A stretch of DNA of 39,110 nucleotides from Kofleriaceae bacterium (GCA_046597055.1 JBKJLC010000055.1:1-39110), one strand, 5' to 3'; positions 11,310 through 20,280 are shown, counted from the first letter of the stretch. The notes: generated by a model not told the origin, from the sequence alone. Made by a program: numbers and translations.

Positions 11310-11321
11310 GGACGCCGCCTT

Positions 11322-11337
11322 CGCAAGGACGAGGCCA
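11322..11337 (-). promoter_or_regulatory. putative sigma54 -24/-12 promoter of the RHS gene
   Basis: Minus strand reads TGGCCTCGTCCTTGCG (GG-N10-GC with TTGC); 13 nt between the -12 C and the ATG at 11309. Confidence 0.65.
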
Positions 11338-11432
11338 CCGCAAGTCGGTGGAACCTGGGTTTGAACGGAGCGAGGAGAAGCGCGCCGCTCCTCGTCTGAT
11401 CATGTCGGTCCTCCACCCGGACGGTGCGAACG

Positions 11433-11490
11433 CCATGCAACGGCTGCATGGTCTGCAGCATCTGCGCGGTCGGACCGTGCAGATCCTGCG
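11433..11490. promoter_or_regulatory. candidate enhancer (UAS) cluster of TGCA-N5-TGCR motifs
   Basis: Palindrome CCATGCA-acggc-TGCATGG (11433-11451), TGCA-gcatc-TGCG (11454-11466) and TGCA-gatcc-TGCG (11478-11490), lying between two divergent sigma54-like promoters. Confidence 0.45.
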
Positions 11491-11531
11491 AACGCGGCGC
11501 GAGGGGGGCCGGCAAGACGCGCTCCGTGGGC

Positions 11532-11547
11532 CGGCATGGGCCGTGCT
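11532..11547 (+). promoter_or_regulatory. putative sigma54 -24/-12 promoter of the ADYC gene
   Basis: CGGCATGGGCCGTGCT (GG-N10-GC); 13 nt between the -12 C and the in-frame ATG at 11560. Confidence 0.55.
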
Positions 11548-11637
11548 CCGCGCGATGGCATGAGCCTCACCGATACGTCAAGGCTGAGCCGGCGTTTGCC
11601 GCGTCGATGGTGCCCCGATCAGTGGTACCTCGCGTCC

Positions 11638-13413
11638 ATGCGTTCCACGGCTGTGATCCTGATGATGGCCCTGAGCGCGGCCTGTGCGTTCGACGACGTC
11701 GAGCTCGGCGGCGTCGAGCAGGAGGGCACCTTCAGCCAGGGCACCTTCAGCCAGGGCACCTTCAGCCAGGGTACCTTCGGCCAGGGCAGCGAGAAGGCGG
11801 TCTGGGGGTTCCGCTACACCGGTTGGTCCAACACCGGGATGCGGCTGAAGAGCGCGAGCGTGAGCGCAGGCCAGCTCCGCGCCGCATGGGATCGCTCCGA
11901 CAGCTGCGGCGGGGGGCTCGCCGGCCTGACCCGCGGGTGTGAATGGTGGGGCGCGGGCGCGGCCTCGTGCGCGGTCGGCACGCCCGTCACCGTCCGTGGC
12001 GGCGGCTGCGGCGGGCTGTTGCCGCGCAGCTCGATGCTGCGCGTGTGCGCCGGTGGCAAGCCATGCGACGCGGCCGCCGCGCTCGCCGCGACCGACGCCG
12101 CCTGTGTCGGCACGACGAATCCGGCGGTGGCGTTCACGTGCCCGCACGACGGCCGCTACTTCGTCATGGTCGCGCCGGCCACGACCGGCGCGACCTCGTT
12201 CAGCTACTCGGTCGTCACCACGCCGACGACGACGGTCAGCCCCTGGCTGGTCGGCGACGACTTCGAAGAGACCTTGCTGGACGGCCTTCGCGACACCAAC
12301 ACCGCCATCCGCTACCGCATCACCGGGACCCAGCCGGTCACCGAGGACCCGCGGCGGCGCTCGGACTTCTACACGCTCGTCGAGCAGGCCACCGGCACGC
12401 CGCTGTGTCTGGGCGAGAACCTCGCGATCCCGTTCCTGGGCCGGTGGACCGACTCCGGCCACCTGACCATGAACACGAACAGCTTCACCCTCGGGTGCAC
12501 GATCGGCGTGCTCGCCAAGTGCTACCGGCTCGGCTATCGGCCGTGGGACGTCGACGCCGCTGGGCGCTCGCTGCGCGACTACCACCAGGCCTGCACGCGC
12601 GCCGCGCGGGCCGACTTCTGCGGCGACGGCACGTCGTACACGGTCGACGGCACCCTGATCGACCTGTACGATCGCCTGTCGCACGTGGATCCGGATCCGA
12701 CCGAGGACGGCCTGGTGTTCGAGGCGATCTGGGTCCGCGACGACGCCTACGGCAACGACGAGATCGTCGGGCCGCGCGCCCCGGTGTGCCTCAGCAAGAA
12801 GCGCTGGGACACCCTGCCCTACGGCGGCGGCGGCTCGTGCCCCGCCATCGTCGACCCGCGAACCGACGTCGGGGACGACGTGCCGTCCCCGTTCTGCGAC
12901 GAGCGCACGGCCGAGGGCTGGTTCGCCGCGGATCCTGCGCACCTGCTCGCGACCGAGTCGGCCTACAACGACGCCGGCCTGTGGCGCTGGCGGAAGCTGG
13001 GCGGCGGAGATTACCGGTCGACCTCGCTGTGCACGACCACCGGATCGAGTCCGTGCAGCAGGGCCTACCTGCTGCGGACGAGCTCGGACGAGCCACGCTT
13101 CGTGGGCGCGATCTACCACAGCCAGATCGCGGACGTCGCGCGGCCGGCCGCCACGATCCCACTCTACTCGTTCCGCTCGATCCGCCACGTCACGACCGGC
13201 GACTACCTGACCACCACCGACGCGTCCGTCGCCGGGTACGGGTCGCGCCAGCTCGAGGGCTACATCCTCGACACGTCGTGCGAGGCGACCGGCAGTTGCC
13301 CGGCGAAGCGCCTCGACCTGATGGTCCGCAACGGCGACTACCTCACGACCACGCCGCTCGAGCCGGTGCTCGGGTACACCTACGTCAAGACCCTCGGCTA
13401 TCTGCCGCGCTGA
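11638..13413 (+). CDS. ADYC-domain lipoprotein with QGTFS pentapeptide repeats and C-terminal DUF5648-like repeats (~591 aa; alternative in-frame ATG at 11560)
   Basis: Lipobox ILMMALSAAC; motif CTIGVLAKCYRLGYRPW...HQACTRAARADFCGDGTSYTVDGTLID typical of the ADYC domain; three GDYxxT..GY/EGYI repeats at the C-terminus. Confidence 0.8.
   Translation: MRSTAVILMMALSAACAFDDVELGGVEQEGTFSQGTFSQGTFSQGTFGQGSEKAVWGFRYTGWSNTGMRLKSASVSAGQLRAAWDRSDSCGGGLAGLTRGCEWWGAGAASCAVGTPVTVRGGGCGGLLPRSSMLRVCAGGKPCDAAAALAATDAACVGTTNPAVAFTCPHDGRYFVMVAPATTGATSFSYSVVTTPTTTVSPWLVGDDFEETLLDGLRDTNTAIRYRITGTQPVTEDPRRRSDFYTLVEQATGTPLCLGENLAIPFLGRWTDSGHLTMNTNSFTLGCTIGVLAKCYRLGYRPWDVDAAGRSLRDYHQACTRAARADFCGDGTSYTVDGTLIDLYDRLSHVDPDPTEDGLVFEAIWVRDDAYGNDEIVGPRAPVCLSKKRWDTLPYGGGGSCPAIVDPRTDVGDDVPSPFCDERTAEGWFAADPAHLLATESAYNDAGLWRWRKLGGGDYRSTSLCTTTGSSPCSRAYLLRTSSDEPRFVGAIYHSQIADVARPAATIPLYSFRSIRHVTTGDYLTTTDASVAGYGSRQLEGYILDTSCEATGSCPAKRLDLMVRNGDYLTTTPLEPVLGYTYVKTLGYLPR
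11722..11781 (+). repeat. four tandem 15-bp coding repeats (E/Q-GTF-S/G pentapeptides)
   Basis: gagggcaccttcagc, cagggcaccttcagc x2, cagggtaccttcggc, followed by a partial cagggc. Confidence 0.95.
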
Positions 13414-13467
13414 GCGGCCGCGCCGCTCGCGCGTAACCTCGCGCCCGGGGTGCGACGTCTCACCACC

Positions 13468-14103
13468 ATGATGCGTCGCTTGCCTACCCTGCCCTCGTGG
13501 CTCGCCGTCCTCCTGTCCATCGCTGCCAGCGCGGCCTGCGCCGAGCGGGTGGCCGACCCCAGCGCGCCGGTCGCGCCCGACTCCGCGGTCGACGCCGGCG
13601 CCAGTGCCGGCGACCCGAGCGTCGGTCCGGTGCCCGCGGGCGACACGGTGGCCTCGGTGGCGGTCGGCCGCTACCTCGGCACCTGGTACGAGATCGCGAG
13701 CATCCCGCAGGGCTTCCAGCGCAACTGCGCCGCGACCACCGCCACCTACGGCGCGGTCGACGCCACCACGATCAGCGTCGACAACCGGTGCCGGGTCGGC
13801 GGGCTCGACGGCGATCCGGTGAGCATCACCGGCACCGCCACCGTGGTCGACCTCGACAGCAACGCGCGGCTCGAGGTCGACTTCGGCTTCGCCCGTGCAC
13901 CGTACTGGATCGTCGATCTAGGCGTGAGCGCCGGCGACGAGCCGTACCCGTGGGCGATCGTCAGCAACCCCGACCGCAGCGCGCTGTGGATCCTGGCCCG
14001 CACGCCGGCCATCGAACCGGCCCGCTACGACGTTCTGATCGAACGGCTCGAGCAGCGCGGCTACACGCCGGCGCGGCTGGTCCGGACTCTGCAGCCGGGC
14101 TGA
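13468..14103 (+). CDS. blc: lipocalin family outer-membrane lipoprotein (Blc-like)
   Basis: Lipobox ASAAC; lipocalin motifs RYLGTWYEIA..P..FQRNC, PYWIVDL, LWILARTP. Start could also be 13450 or 13471. Confidence 0.88.
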   Translation: MMRRLPTLPSWLAVLLSIAASAACAERVADPSAPVAPDSAVDAGASAGDPSVGPVPAGDTVASVAVGRYLGTWYEIASIPQGFQRNCAATTATYGAVDATTISVDNRCRVGGLDGDPVSITGTATVVDLDSNARLEVDFGFARAPYWIVDLGVSAGDEPYPWAIVSNPDRSALWILARTPAIEPARYDVLIERLEQRGYTPARLVRTLQPG

Positions 14104-14137
14104 GCCTGGCGTCGGCCGCGCGAGGCAGCCGACCCGG

Positions 14138-17100
14138 TCAGCGCACCCGCAGCCGCACCACGTCGCGCCGGGACGGGGTCGCCAGCGTCCGGACCGCGCC
14201 GTCGCCGCCCGCGGTGCGCTCCTCGGCGGCGGCGTGGAGCCCGAGCTCGTCGAGGCGCCCGGCGGGTCCGCCCGGCGCCGACGCATCCTCGAACGCGACC
14301 GTCACCAGGTCGGTGCCGTCGCGGCGCAGGATCTCGACGTCGATCGGGAAATCGTCGGGCGAGGTGTTCATCCACATGCCGCGGTTGGCGCGCGACCAGG
14401 TGCCGCGGCCCAGCCACTCGTTGTCGGACAGCCAGCGTCCGATCAGGCGGCCGTTGACCCACACGGTCGCCTTGGCGTCGCGGCCGCGCAGGCGGAGCAC
14501 CGCCGGCGCGTGGAACCGGGTCGGATCCGGCAGCGTGGCCGGGTCGAGCCGGACCCGGTACCAGGTCACCGCGCCCGGCGCGAGCCGCGCCGGCAAGTCG
14601 CCGGTGCGCCAGCCAGCGTCGTCGAAGCCGGGCTCGGCCCAGCCCGCCCGCTCGCCGCCCAGGCCGGCGCGGACCTCCCAGCGCTCCAGGCGGACCCCGC
14701 CGAGCTCGGCCTGACCCCACAGCCCCTTCACCGAGTCGAACCCGAGCGACGGGAGCTGCGCCTTGCTGGGGATCAGGTTGCCCCGCGGCCACATGAAGCT
14801 GCCGTGCCCCCAGATCTCGACCCGGAACGCGATCACGTTGTCGCCCTCGATCAGGTACGGCGTGACATCGGGAAACGCGTAGCTCGGGGTCCAGCTCCGG
14901 TTGTCGATCTCGGTGCCCAGCGGCGCGAGCGTGGTGACGTAGTGCCCGTTCACGTAGATGCCGATCAGGTCGCTGGCGTGCTGCACCCACAGCTTCCAGC
15001 CGCCGCGCCGATCGGCCGGCGCGCCGGTGATGCGCAGGCGCGCGCGGTACCAGGCGTGGCCGGTGGGGATCCCCAGGGTCTCGAGCGGCCGCGGCTCGCC
15101 GGTCCAGGCGACCCACCCGGTCCCGGGCGCGGTGGTCCCGCTCTCGAGCCGGTCGTCCACGCTGATCCGCCCACCGGTGCCGAGGTCGACGCCGATCGCG
15201 GGCGGCGCCACCGCCGTGCGCTGATGCCAGGCGGCGCCGGTGACCGGGGCGCGTCCCCCTTCGGCGGTGAACCCGTCGAGCGCGAGGTCGCGCACCGACC
15301 AGGTGAGGATCCGGTCCTGGGTCGCGCGGCTCTCGTACTGGAGCTGCAGGCCGGCGGTCGCGGGCCGGACCAGGTCGGGCCCGATCACGACCAGATCGTC
15401 GCCGTTGGCCTCGAAGAACCAGGTGCGCCCGGCGTCGGCGCGCGTGGTCACCAGCACGTGCAACACCTGACCGCTCGCGGTGCGCACCGACAGCGACCCG
15501 CCGGTCGCGTGCGGATACTTCACCAGCAGCCGGGCCGGGCTGGCGTCGACCACGGTGACGCCGGTGGCGGCGATGACCTCGATCGGGCCGGTCAGACGGT
15601 CGAGCACCAGCTCGCCCTCGCTGCCGGGGACACCGTGGACCACCAGCAGGCGGTCGGCGCCGAAATCACGCAGGCTCAGCACCTCGCTGGTGGTGTAGCC
15701 GAGCCGGGCGTCGAGCCCGAGCGGGGCGCCGACCACGAGCATGTGCACGTTCTCGAGCTCGGGGCTGGGGCCCGGCCCGGGGTAGTCCTCGGCCGGGACC
15801 ACCATGGTGGTCGCCTCGGGCAACCGGAGGCCGTCGAGCTCGATGGCGCCGGGGGCCAGCGCCTGGTCCTCACCGGTCTCGTTGGTGAGCCCGACGAACC
15901 GCACGCCGTCGCCGGCGTCGAGCCAGTAGTGTACGCGGCGGTTGTCCTCGAGCGCGCCGAGCGACGGGTGCTGCACGCGCAGGCGCAGGTCGGCGCCGGG
16001 CACGCCGTCGCCGGAGCGTTGCGGGTGGCGGACCCCCGCGATCAGCGGCTGGAACGCGTCGAGCATCAGGTTGGTGCGGCGGAAGCTCCAGAACTTCTGG
16101 CGCAGCGTGCCGCTCGGGCCGATCGCACCGTAGTAGTCGATCACGTTGTGGAAGTAGCCGACCGTGGGCGCGACGAACGCGTCGAGCACGCGGTCGGTCG
16201 ACAGGTCGAAGATCGAGCGGGGCCCGGCGTTGTCGAGCACCACCGCGTTGCGATAGCCGTCGGTGTGCATGCCGACGACGTTGAACGCGAAGAAGCCGTC
16301 CATGCCGCCCAGCACCAGCCGCTCGAGCCGGGCCGCGGTCCGCTCGGTCTCGGTCGAGCCCGACGGCATGTCGACGTAGACGCCGCCGTGGCGAGCGGGG
16401 TCGTGCATGTCGGTCATGACGTCGTAGGCGAGCCGCTCGGTGCCGCCCTGCTTGTAGATGTTGGGCATCGGGATGATGCCGGCGACGTCACCGGTCGCCT
16501 TGACCTTCGCGTCGCCCGGGCAGGTCGCGATCGGCACGTCGATGCCGTCGCCGCGGACGATGTCGCGCAGCGCGGTCATGTAGGCGGTGGTGCCCGGCGA
16601 CGCCAGGGGCCCGCGCTCGGTGCCACCGTCGAACCAGAACAGCTTGTCGACCTCGTGGAAGATCTCGAACCAGTCGTACTCGTTCTCCACGCCGTACAGG
16701 ATGATCGGCCCGCCGCGGGTGATGAGGTACGGGCGGATCACCTCGTCGAGCGCGCCGAAGTAGCGCTCGACCAGCGCGAGGTAGTCGGGGTCGTCGACCC
16801 GCAGGTTGGGCCGGCCGTCGGCGTCCTTGTTCTTCTTGGTCGTGCGGGTGAGCACCCAGGCCGGCACGCCGCCGCCATCCATCTCGTTGGTGATGTAGGG
16901 CCCCGGCCGCAGGTACACGAACAGGCCGTGCGCCTGGCACAGCTCGAGGAACTTGCGCAGGTCGGGCTGGTCGAACTGGAACCGGCCCTCCTCGGGCTCG
17001 ATCACGTTCCACGGCACGTAGACGTCGACCGTGTTGAACCCGGCGGCGCGGAAGCGGGCCAGCCGGTCGTCCCACACCTCCTCCGGCAGCCGGAACCACT

Positions 17101-17332
17101 GCACGCTGCCGCCGCGCAGGAGCGTGTACTCGCCATCGATCAGGAAGCCGCGCGCGTCGTACGAGACCGATTCATACCGGGGCCGCGGATCATCGCTGAC
17201 GATGATCCCGTCGTCGCCCGGCAGCCCGGGCTCGCCCGGCCCGTCCGGCACCGCGGGCCCTCCGGCGTCACCGCCGCACGCGAGGGCCATCACCAGCAGC
17301 CAGCACCCAGCGTACGCCCGGGGGATCCTCAT
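14138..17332 (-). CDS. GH35 beta-galactosidase-like lipoprotein with C-terminal jelly-roll domains (~1064 aa)
   Basis: Start ATG 17332 with lipobox MALAC; SYDARGFLIDG, GFNTVDVYVPWN..EPEEG, LRPGPYITNE..GG, GGPIILYGVENEY; C-terminal GHAWYRA, TWYRV, VWVNGRLIGRW segments. Confidence 0.9.
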   Translation of the reverse strand: MRIPRAYAGCWLLVMALACGGDAGGPAVPDGPGEPGLPGDDGIIVSDDPRPRYESVSYDARGFLIDGEYTLLRGGSVQWFRLPEEVWDDRLARFRAAGFNTVDVYVPWNVIEPEEGRFQFDQPDLRKFLELCQAHGLFVYLRPGPYITNEMDGGGVPAWVLTRTTKKNKDADGRPNLRVDDPDYLALVERYFGALDEVIRPYLITRGGPIILYGVENEYDWFEIFHEVDKLFWFDGGTERGPLASPGTTAYMTALRDIVRGDGIDVPIATCPGDAKVKATGDVAGIIPMPNIYKQGGTERLAYDVMTDMHDPARHGGVYVDMPSGSTETERTAARLERLVLGGMDGFFAFNVVGMHTDGYRNAVVLDNAGPRSIFDLSTDRVLDAFVAPTVGYFHNVIDYYGAIGPSGTLRQKFWSFRRTNLMLDAFQPLIAGVRHPQRSGDGVPGADLRLRVQHPSLGALEDNRRVHYWLDAGDGVRFVGLTNETGEDQALAPGAIELDGLRLPEATTMVVPAEDYPGPGPSPELENVHMLVVGAPLGLDARLGYTTSEVLSLRDFGADRLLVVHGVPGSEGELVLDRLTGPIEVIAATGVTVVDASPARLLVKYPHATGGSLSVRTASGQVLHVLVTTRADAGRTWFFEANGDDLVVIGPDLVRPATAGLQLQYESRATQDRILTWSVRDLALDGFTAEGGRAPVTGAAWHQRTAVAPPAIGVDLGTGGRISVDDRLESGTTAPGTGWVAWTGEPRPLETLGIPTGHAWYRARLRITGAPADRRGGWKLWVQHASDLIGIYVNGHYVTTLAPLGTEIDNRSWTPSYAFPDVTPYLIEGDNVIAFRVEIWGHGSFMWPRGNLIPSKAQLPSLGFDSVKGLWGQAELGGVRLERWEVRAGLGGERAGWAEPGFDDAGWRTGDLPARLAPGAVTWYRVRLDPATLPDPTRFHAPAVLRLRGRDAKATVWVNGRLIGRWLSDNEWLGRGTWSRANRGMWMNTSPDDFPIDVEILRRDGTDLVTVAFEDASAPGGPAGRLDELGLHAAAEERTAGGDGAVRTLATPSRRDVVRLRVR

Positions 17333-17344
17333 GGCTTCGAGGTC

Positions 17345-17360
17345 AGCAAGACGCGGACCG
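17345..17360 (-). promoter_or_regulatory. putative sigma54 -24/-12 promoter of the GH35 gene
   Basis: Minus strand reads CGGTCCGCGTCTTGCT (GG-N10-GC with TTGCT); 13 nt between the -12 C and the ATG at 17332. Confidence 0.55.
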
Positions 17361-17579
17361 CGCTTGCCGGACGCAATCTCGTCCGCTTGAAAGGCCGGAC
17401 CTCCACAGTAGCAAGTTCTACTTCCAGCACGGTGGCTACTCGGGTCGCCGGCGCGTCCGCCGTCGACAACCGGGGTTGCGCGCCGGCCCGTCGATGAACG
17501 GGTGTGTGCCGGCACGGCGACGTCGCCCTTGCTACCACCGCCGGGGTTGCTATCACGCGGACACGAGGTCCCTCTGCTC

Positions 17580-18437
17580 ATGAAACGAATCGCCGCCGGG
17601 CTGCTCACGATCACGGCCTGCGCCGGCGACGACGTCGCGATGCAGACCTACGTCTACGACGACCGTCACGCCAGTGCCGAGCTCGACGTCCACGCGCGGG
17701 CCGGCAGCACCGACGCCCCCGCCGTGGTGTACCTGCACGGCGGCGCCTGGCGGGTCGGCTCCCGCGAGAGCGATCAGGCCACCGCCGAGCGCCTGGCCCG
17801 TGCCGGTTACGTGGTGGCCAACGTCGACTACCGGCTGGTGCCCGACGGCGTGTTTCCGCTCGCCGTCCAGGATGCGGCGTGCGCGCTCGCGTTCGTCCGC
17901 GCCCACGCCGGCGAGCTCGGCGTCGATCCGCAGCGGATCGCGGTCATGGGCCACTCGGCGGGCGCGCACCTGGTCGCGATGGTGGGAGTCGCCGCCGACG
18001 TCGCCGAGCTGCAGGACGCCGGCTGCCCGTCGGGCCTGACCGCCGCGCCCGCCGCGGTGGTCTCGGTCGCGGGCCCGATGGATCTCCGCGTGATCGGGGG
18101 CTCGGCAGTCGATGAGTTCGTCGGCGCCACGCGCGGCGTCGATCCCGAGCGGTTCGCGCGCGCGTCGCCGATCGCGCAGGTCGGCGCCGACGAGCCGCGG
18201 TTCCTGTTCGTCCACTCCACGCACGACCTGATCGTGGACCTCAGCCAGTCGGAGCGCATGCTCGCCACGCTCCGGGCCGCCGGCAACGACGCCGCGCTGC
18301 TCCAGCTCGAGGGCGGTGGTCACATCGTCGGCGACGGTGCCGGGCTCGGGCTCGAGTCCTACGAGCTGGCGACCGACACCCCCGAGGCGTGGCTCGCCAT
18401 CCTCGACTTCCTCGGCCAGACGATCGGACGCCCGTGA
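17580..18437 (+). CDS. alpha/beta hydrolase (HSL-like esterase/lipase), probable lipoprotein
   Basis: MKRIAAGLLTITAC; oxyanion HGGAW, VDYRL, nucleophile GHSAG, HSTHD and GGGH supplying catalytic D/H. Confidence 0.9.
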   Translation: MKRIAAGLLTITACAGDDVAMQTYVYDDRHASAELDVHARAGSTDAPAVVYLHGGAWRVGSRESDQATAERLARAGYVVANVDYRLVPDGVFPLAVQDAACALAFVRAHAGELGVDPQRIAVMGHSAGAHLVAMVGVAADVAELQDAGCPSGLTAAPAAVVSVAGPMDLRVIGGSAVDEFVGATRGVDPERFARASPIAQVGADEPRFLFVHSTHDLIVDLSQSERMLATLRAAGNDAALLQLEGGGHIVGDGAGLGLESYELATDTPEAWLAILDFLGQTIGRP

Positions 18438-18955
18438 GAGTGGCCGCGCTGGTGGCGATCGCGACGTGCGCCCAGGTCGGCCGCGCCCGCGGCGACGAGG
18501 CGCCCCCACCCGACCACACGGTGGTGTCGCTGCCGATCTTCGCGTTGTCCGGAGGAGCGTTCGCGGTCCAGGTCGAGCGGCCCCTGGCGCGCCCGGTCAG
18601 CCTGGCGATCACGGTGGCGATCCGCGATGGCGCCGATGCCGACTACCAGTCGACGACGCTCGGGCTCGCGCTCGAGGTCCGGGTGTGGCGACGGCCGCGA
18701 CAGCACGGCTGGTTCGTGGCGCCCCGGGTCGAGCTGGCCGGCACCCGCGTGTCGATGGCCGATCGCGCGCTGGGCAGCGCGCTCGTGGTCACCGAAGCGA
18801 TGCTGATCGGCTACCGGCTGGCGATCGCGGGGCGGGTCGAGTTCACGCCGTCGGCCGGCTTCGCGCTCCGCCACGATCTGGCGTTCGGGGGCGTGCCCGA
18901 CGCGAGCCGGGTGGTGCCGGAGGTCGGGCTCTCGCTGGGCTGGATCTTCCGCTAG
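18434..18955 (+). CDS. small putative outer-membrane beta-barrel protein (DUF3575-like)
   Basis: GTG overlaps the esterase stop (GTGA); signal-like N-terminus; alternating hydrophobic strands and C-terminal GLSLGWIFR barrel signature. Confidence 0.65.
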   Translation: MRVAALVAIATCAQVGRARGDEAPPPDHTVVSLPIFALSGGAFAVQVERPLARPVSLAITVAIRDGADADYQSTTLGLALEVRVWRRPRQHGWFVAPRVELAGTRVSMADRALGSALVVTEAMLIGYRLAIAGRVEFTPSAGFALRHDLAFGGVPDASRVVPEVGLSLGWIFR

Positions 18956-18986
18956 CCGCGACCGCCAGCGGCAACGGCAGTCGTGA

Positions 18987-20018
18987 TCACCACGCGCAGT
19001 GGATGTGATCCTGATGGCCGGCATCGTTGCTGGGCCCGAGCACCTCGACCGCGCCCATGGCCCGGCACGCCGCCATCACGCCGCGAGCGATCGCGCTGTC
19101 GCCGGCGATGGTGACGCCGTTGACCTCGCCGATGTCCACCGCCCGGCCCACGAAGTGGTACGAGGTCGCGCCGTGGTTGGCGCCCGCGATCGCAGTCACG
19201 AAGTAGTCGTAGCCGTACCGCTCGCGCAGCCCGGCCAGGCCGTTGAGCAGCCCGTTGGTCAGCTGCACCCTCGTGCACGGCGCGTTGCCGTAGCAGCTGG
19301 TCTTGGCGGCGCGACCGCCCGCGGCGTCGCGGATGTTGGACAGCGGGTCGGCGCCGTCGAAACGACCGAAGGTCTGGTCCCACAGCGTCAGCTTGCTGTC
19401 CTGGTGATACGCCAGGACCCGCTGGGCCGCCGGCCCGGTCGGGTTGCCGCCGCCGGAGCAGAAGGAGCGTCGGGCGATCAGCGCGTTCCACGTGTAGCGA
19501 CCGACGACCCCGGTCGCCTCCAGACACACCGAGGTCTGGAAGCTCTTCAGCCGCGTCAGGGTGGTCGGGCCGAACTCGCCGGTGACGGAGAGGTTCTGGC
19601 CGTAGCGGTTCTTCAGGAGGTACTGCGCAGCCTGGACGGCTGGGCCGGAATCGCCTGACTTGACCTCCACGACCAGCGCGAGCCAGGTCTGTTCGCCGAC
19701 GATGCCGTCGGAGACCAGGCCGCGTCCGGTTTGCACCGCGCGCACCGCGGTGTCGACGGCGGCGGTGAACACCCCGTTGAGCTCGACCGGCCGGCCCGCG
19801 CGCGCGAGGAGATACTGCACGGTGACGACGTCCTGGCTCTGTTCGCCCCGGGCGACCCGCGGCCAGAAGATGGCGGGGCCGGCCGCGATCGCCGCGGTGT
19901 CGGCGACGTCCTCGTCGCCGTAGTCACCGGTGGATATCACCACGTCGGTGGTACAGGCGGCGATGCCCAGACTCGCGACCAGGACCGCAGCGGCGAACGC
20001 GGACGTCGGCGTGTTCAT
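18987..20018 (-). CDS. peptidoglycan-binding lipoprotein with C-terminal M15/LAS-type Zn peptidase (~343 aa)
   Basis: Start ATG 20018, lipobox LGIAAC; two PG-binding repeats (DGIVGEQTW, TGVVGRYTW); Zn motifs H-x6-D (HFVGRAVD) and HxH (HQDHIH). Confidence 0.85.
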   Translation of the reverse strand: MNTPTSAFAAAVLVASLGIAACTTDVVISTGDYGDEDVADTAAIAAGPAIFWPRVARGEQSQDVVTVQYLLARAGRPVELNGVFTAAVDTAVRAVQTGRGLVSDGIVGEQTWLALVVEVKSGDSGPAVQAAQYLLKNRYGQNLSVTGEFGPTTLTRLKSFQTSVCLEATGVVGRYTWNALIARRSFCSGGGNPTGPAAQRVLAYHQDSKLTLWDQTFGRFDGADPLSNIRDAAGGRAAKTSCYGNAPCTRVQLTNGLLNGLAGLRERYGYDYFVTAIAGANHGATSYHFVGRAVDIGEVNGVTIAGDSAIARGVMAACRAMGAVEVLGPSNDAGHQDHIHCAW

Positions 20019-20030
20019 GCCTGGGCCTAG

Positions 20031-20046
20031 CGCAAGAGCCGCGCCA
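20031..20046 (-). promoter_or_regulatory. putative sigma54 -24/-12 promoter of the PG peptidase gene
   Basis: Minus strand reads TGGCGCGGCTCTTGCG, near consensus TGGCACG-N4-TTGC; 13 nt between the -12 C and the ATG at 20018. Confidence 0.7.
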
Positions 20047-20280
20047 GCCCCGCGCGCCAGGATCTTCGCGGGCCTGCGCAGGTGGCGACGGGGGTGGCCA
20101 CTCCAGTGCAACCGGTCGTATGCGGTCGGTTGACGCCAGCCGCGGCCGCGTCGGCGGCCGAGGCCGCGCGCCGATTAGTTAGATTTACGAACTATAAATA
20201 CGTCCACAAGTCACACAAGTGGCCGTATAAATCGTTTTGCCTTGACCACGAGCGGCCGATGGCGTTTTCCTCCGCCCGTG

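Noticed and set aside
11722..11790. 15-bp repeats as CRISPR or iterons
   Set aside because: Contiguous, in frame and without spacers; they encode pentapeptides.
14234..17497. 1087 aa plus-strand ORF, and similar long ORFs at 2014-4479, 8940-11399, 23547-25892 and 35179-37179
   Set aside because: Antisense shadows of motif-bearing genes, expected at this GC content; no motifs of their own.
17500..17580. sigma54 promoter before the esterase (and before the gene at 20281)
   Set aside because: GGCAC/TGGCG and TTGC words are present but not at the required 10-nt spacing.
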